64,000 bases of DNA, from assembly GCA_964016885.1 (NCBI GenBank), contig OZ024740.1:171616001-171680000 (forward strand), read 5' to 3'. Below the pieces are notes generated by a model. It was not told the origin of the DNA and made no database searches. It saw only the letters and a list, made by a program, of their open reading frames with translations. The translations under genes were made by a program, and so were the position numbers. Shown here in pieces: positions 58,921-64,000 of the stretch. Position 1 is the first letter of the stretch. Each line of letters starts with the position of its first letter. This DNA comes from Eledone cirrhosa. Its lineage: Eukaryota.

Positions 58921-59670
58921 GTGTATGTTGTGGATTCGTCTTAGGGAGAAGTGTTTAGACGGGGTCCGTATTTGTTAATAAAGTGAGATTCCTTGCTGAT
59001 GCGCTGGGTGTGGGTGGCATTATCTTTAAATTTGTAGAGGGGAAAGATTCTAAAGTTGGGATAATTTTGGGCGGCACATCCTCCAGAACATCCCTGTGTT
59101 AAAAAAAGGACCATAGAATGAACCAAATCCTTCGAACACACGATATCATAAAGAGCAAAAGACAATCTAAGTCAATGAAAAACATCCAAACACATGCCAA
59201 AGTACTGCCAACCACAACAACGAAACCCACAGTAAAAAAAATGCGATAGACCCAACTGTGGCATATGCATCAACCTAATAGAGGGTTCGGAATTCTATTT
59301 CAAAGAAGGACAACGTTTTATAGTAAAACACAATTTCACATGCGTATCAGAAAATCTAATATATGTATTAACTTGCTCAGGTTGTCGAGAACAATACATA
59401 GGCCAGACTAAAAACAGCCTCCGCCAACGCATGACTGTCCATAGATCCCAAATTAAAATACGGGAATACAGAAAAATACCACTGAGTGAACACATTGATA
59501 CCTGTGCCGCCCCAAATCATCCCAACTTTAGAATCTTCCCCTCTACAAATTTAAAGATAATGCCACCCACACCCAGCGCATCAGCAAGGAATCTCACTTT
59601 ATTAACAAATACGGACCCCCTCTAACTCTAAACACTTCTCCCTAAGACGAACCCACAACATACGCAGTCT
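58921..59670 (+). mobile_element. Second Penelope-like element: GIY-YIG domain with inverted pLTR copy upstream
   Basis: CDRPNCGIC, NFTCVSENLIYVLTCSGCREQYIGQT, LRQRMTVHRSQI; 58922-59078 is the reverse complement of 59503-59665. Confidence 0.9.
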
Positions 59671-59821
59671 TCGTTCAATTTCTGTGAATATTGTCAATTA
59701 CGATTTTATTAAATGTATCATATCTACATGCATATATACTTGCGTATAATATCAATATGCACACTACACATGCCAGCAGAAAACCACCCGAAGGGTGGTT
59801 TTTCTGCTAGTATATATAAGA

Positions 59822-60012
59822 GCGGTGGATTGGCAGTATCGGTAGAGGGTCGGACGCCATGCTTTGCAGCAAAGAGTTACGGCCTGTTTATGGTCTGAGT
59901 TCAAATCCCGCCAAGGTTAACTTTGCCTTTCATCCTTACGGGGTCGATAAAATAAAGTACCAGTAATACACTGGTATAATCGCTGGCCTTGTGCCAAAAG
60001 TAGAAACAATTA
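59822..60012 (+). mobile_element. SINE family 1, full length
   Basis: Matches 8808-9002. Confidence 0.88.
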
Positions 60013-61039
60013 TATATATATATATATATATGCGTGTGTGTGTGGCGAGTGGGGATGTGCGTGAAATGTTAACGGAAGTAACGAAGCAAGCAATACAGTA
60101 CAGGGAAGATATGTATCAGTTTAACGCTTGATATAGTAGGAAAAGAGTCTTTGGACACAAGTCCTTGATTTAAAGATAGAATAAGAAATAAAAGCAGAAA
60201 TAGAAAGAGAGTGAGAAGAAATACAGATAAAAGTTTTTGAGAGATAAGACATGTTTCAAGGCAGGCCGTCATGTTACTAGATTTACTTGTAGCTAGTCCG
60301 ACCATCGACAACAAACAGGGATATAGAAACCATCAGCAACATTAACCATCAACATCAACATACCGCCAATGATGATATGTCTACCATTAGCTGGGAAAAG
60401 GAAAAATACAAACTTAAAATATATCTTTAGTGAAACTTTCCAAAAAGAGATTAATTTCTGTATAAAACTAACGAAAAGCGACATAAAACGACAATGAAAA
60501 ACAAACACCGAATAAAGAAATTTAACGTGCTATCGATGAAATCAGGGGTGAATATTGACGACAAATTACAGTCCCTACATTAGCAAATTAACTTTTATCT
60601 ATGTCCTAGCAGCAACTGTAAAGCATTATCTTGGTGATACTAGTATGTATGGCCCGTGACTCCTGATTGAGTCGTAGGGGCGCCGTATTAACATACGGCG
60701 TTTCTTGGGCATGTTTAAGCCTGACGGAGCCCACTCCTCTCCAGGCCTGAGTATAGCAGATATCTTCCGGAGAAAAATAGATAGTGAGAGAGAGAAATGA
60801 GAAAGAGATATAGAGGAAGAATCGACCTCAGTACTAGACTGATACTTTTTTATCGACCTCGAAAGGATAAGAGATACAGTTTTAACCCAGAGAGCAGAGA
60901 ACCGGAACCATAAAGCATTCTATCAGACGTTCTAATGACTAATGACTCTGCCAATACGCCGCCTATTGGTGATACTAGAGATGTTAACAAACAAAAAGAA
61001 AAAAATAGAACAACACAAAAAATGCCATTGTATATTTTT

Positions 61040-62775
61040 CAAAAATGGAAAAAAAAATCGCTGACCTACGAAAAATTATCGGCCATATGATAATGTAAAA
61101 AAATACCCCCCCCCCCCCCAAAAAAAAAACTCCTACTTCTCACCAACAAAGAATGAACAATAAAAAATAGAAATGATGTTTTAAGGCAATACTGGCAGAA
61201 CCCTTCAATACAAGTTGATCACCATCAAACAAGTTTGAAAGCTGGTAGGGAGAACTTCTGATATCAGAAGAGCTGAAATGAAAGTGATTAAAAAGCATCC
61301 AGCCAAAACCAAATAATTAACTACAGAGATATGAGGGGCAAAACAATAATTGTCACTGGGGCCATGTTCCCAAAAGACAAATTCCTTCTGAAGAAGCGTG
61401 AGGAAAAGAAATTGAACCAAGACGCAGTGTGGTTAAAAGAAATCCTAACGATCTATTGCCCCTGCATTACACCAAAAACATACAGTATCAATGATGATAC
61501 CCTTGAGACTGTGTTAGGAAACCTTCGGGATAAGAAAGCATAAGGAAGAGACTTCATTATTGTCTACTAGTACAAAAAACTTACTTTCTATCGTTTGCTT
61601 CTTATCAACTTCTACCAGCAAACTCTCAAGGGAGATAAACATATACTAAGCTGGTTGGTCCTCCAAAACAAAGAAACTCACTTGTAAAAAAACTACCAAT
61701 CTGTTGCATACCAGATCGTAATGCACAACATGTATACAGTCTGTCTGAACCTATTCATCCAGAATCACTATGATAACAATATGATGACAGATGAGCAAGT
61801 AGCTGGGAAGAAAGGAGTTTGGAGATGTGTTGAGCAGCTCCTAATTAACAAACTTGCAATGTCAGAGGTGCGGTGACATAGGATCTTGGTTACAATCTGG
61901 ATTAATTACAGGACAGTATTCGATTCTGTTCCTCACTCGTGATTGCTAGAAGCCCTTCGACTCGACTCGCTAAAATCCTAGGTACCATAATCAGAACCAT
62001 AGAAAATCTATCTTCTTCTTGAATCATTATCCTGAAGTTAAATATAGTGAAGGAAGACTATATTGTTACTGGTAAAATAGAATTTCGAAGGGGTATATTT
62101 CTAGGATACAGGCTCTCTGTGATGCTATTTATACTGTTAGTAAACCCCTTGTCCTTTATGCTGAGGAAATATGAATGATACCTGATTAGTTTACAGGCGG
62201 CCAAAAGCATTAACCTAGCACATAGCTTCTTTAGTTTCTTTGTGGATGATCTGAAACTGTATGATAAGAATATAGATGGTATGAAGAAAATCCTTGACTT
62301 GGGTACGACGTTCTCGAAAGAAATAGGAATAGACTTTGGCCAGAATAAGTGTTCTTATATGATTGTAAAGTAGGGAAAACTACAAGCCAATCTAGCAACA
62401 TCTCTTTGAATAGCCAGACTGTTTCCCCTGTATCTAACGAGGACTGCTACAGCTACTTAGGGATATATGAAAATATATCTTATGATGGAAATTGTAACAA
62501 GCAACGAGCAACCAGGAATATAACACCCAAATAAGAAGAATATGGTCACCAGAACTCTCCGTGTACAATAAATCAGTAGCTCACAATGTGTTTGCTGTGT
62601 CTGTGCGGAAATGTTCACATTAACAGTGACATAGATCGCCTCTACCTAAAACGTAAGCGAGGAGGCAGAGGTTTAACATCAATCCAAACAACAATTGAGT
62701 GTCGTATCATATCCTTCCGACAACATCTACATACCACCAAGCGTAGAAAACCATCCATAGAACAAGTTTTTACAT
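61040..62775 (+). mobile_element. Decayed R4/Dong-like retrotransposon RT region
   Basis: EQVAGKKGVWRCVEQLLINK, FDSVPHS, FVDDLKLY, HINSDIDRLYLKRKRGGRGL; many stops. Confidence 0.8.
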
Positions 62776-63054
62776 GATGTAAAATAGATGGGTCATTTTT
62801 AGAAGGTCGAGTGACCATGAAGAATCTTGCTCACTGACTCAATAAAAACACTGGGTTCTATTGAATGGTGCAACGCTGTAAAAGTCTCAGAAACCCATCT
62901 TGATATCTCTGCAAAATATTGTTGGGTTCACATAGATTTTCGTCATAAAAGAACAAGACAGCATTCGCACCAATATAAATAACAACAATAAAAACACCAA
63001 CAACAACAACTACGACAAAAATTACATCAGCGGGGTGTAAGGGTCTTTGGAGTA

Positions 63055-63402
63055 ACATTACTCGATAAAGTGCGTAACTCAGAGATCAGAGTCACTCAAG
63101 GTAGAGCCACTACTTCTCCGAATTGAGAGATCACAGTTCCGATACTATGAGCATGTGGTTAGAATGTTTCAGGAAAGAATTGCTGGGCAGATTTTACGGG
63201 CGAAACCAACTGGCAGGAGACCCAGGGGTAGACCCCGAGCAAGATGGTTGGATAACATTCATGAGCTTCGCTGGTCTCGCTAGGGAATCCAGCCGGATTA
63301 GTTAGAGACGGTTGCTTCTGACAGGACCCGCTGGAAGGAGTGGTTGTTTGAGGATTCTGCCACCACGACCTTCTCAGGAATAAGTGGGCGAAGAAGAAGA
63401 AG
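63055..63402 (+). mobile_element. RTE LINE 3' end (family of 35770-37840)
   Basis: Homologous to reverse complement of 35770-36090; ends GAAGAAGAAGA. Confidence 0.85.
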
Positions 63403-63626
63403 GGATGCTAAATTCATCTGATTCGTAGCTAAATTTTAACAAGTGAACGTGGATTTTTTTTGGTATCAGCTGATGGCAAGCCTTATCATAGTTTTCTTAA
63501 GGAAGTTCTCCAATCTTAAGCTTCTTTCTCCATTTATTTCTATGCATCCCCCTCTCTCTCTTCCCCTCTCTTTTCTCATATACATATATGCACATACACA
63601 CGTACATACATATTTGTGTTAGTGTG

Positions 63627-63707
<81 letters not shown>

Positions 63708-63891
63708 GCGCGCGCGCGCGCGTGTGTGTGTTTGTGTGTGTCTTATCGCTTGAGCCCTGATTTAATTTGTTTCATTTATCTTCAAGTGCATTTGTCGTAT
63801 CATTGTTATTGTTATTTTCGAAGTACTAACTGTTGTTCTAGTTGCTACTACCTCTAGGTTTTGTCGCTCTTATATACATACATACATACAT

Positions 63892-64000
<109 letters not shown>

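Overview
Repeat-saturated, AT-rich eukaryotic DNA. The (TA)n/(CA)n/(GA)n microsatellite load and SINE families suggest a cephalopod (octopus-like) genome; this is inference. One host gene is supported: five coding exons on + (11920-20489), all introns phase 1, giving a 371-aa type I membrane protein with a signal peptide, three Ig-like domains of four Cys each, one TM helix and an 11-aa tail. The ORF track misses it as a unit. The rest is a 46/47-bp satellite (1-3946), decayed non-LTR retrotransposons (CRE-, R4/Dong-, Tx1/L1-, RTE-like), SINEs, a Helitron-like tandem pair and many Penelope-like (PLE) remnants. Between about 28.5 and 54.4 kb I can fold by eye about 18 type I hammerhead ribozyme (HHR) motifs from about 10 unrelated sequence families. 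They occur as a 465-bp tandem array with one HHR per unit, a 546-nt unit between two HHRs, and long palindromes with an HHR on each strand. Three retroelement copies show twin-priming-type 5' inversions. Transposon boundaries are approximate; no database search or folding program was run.
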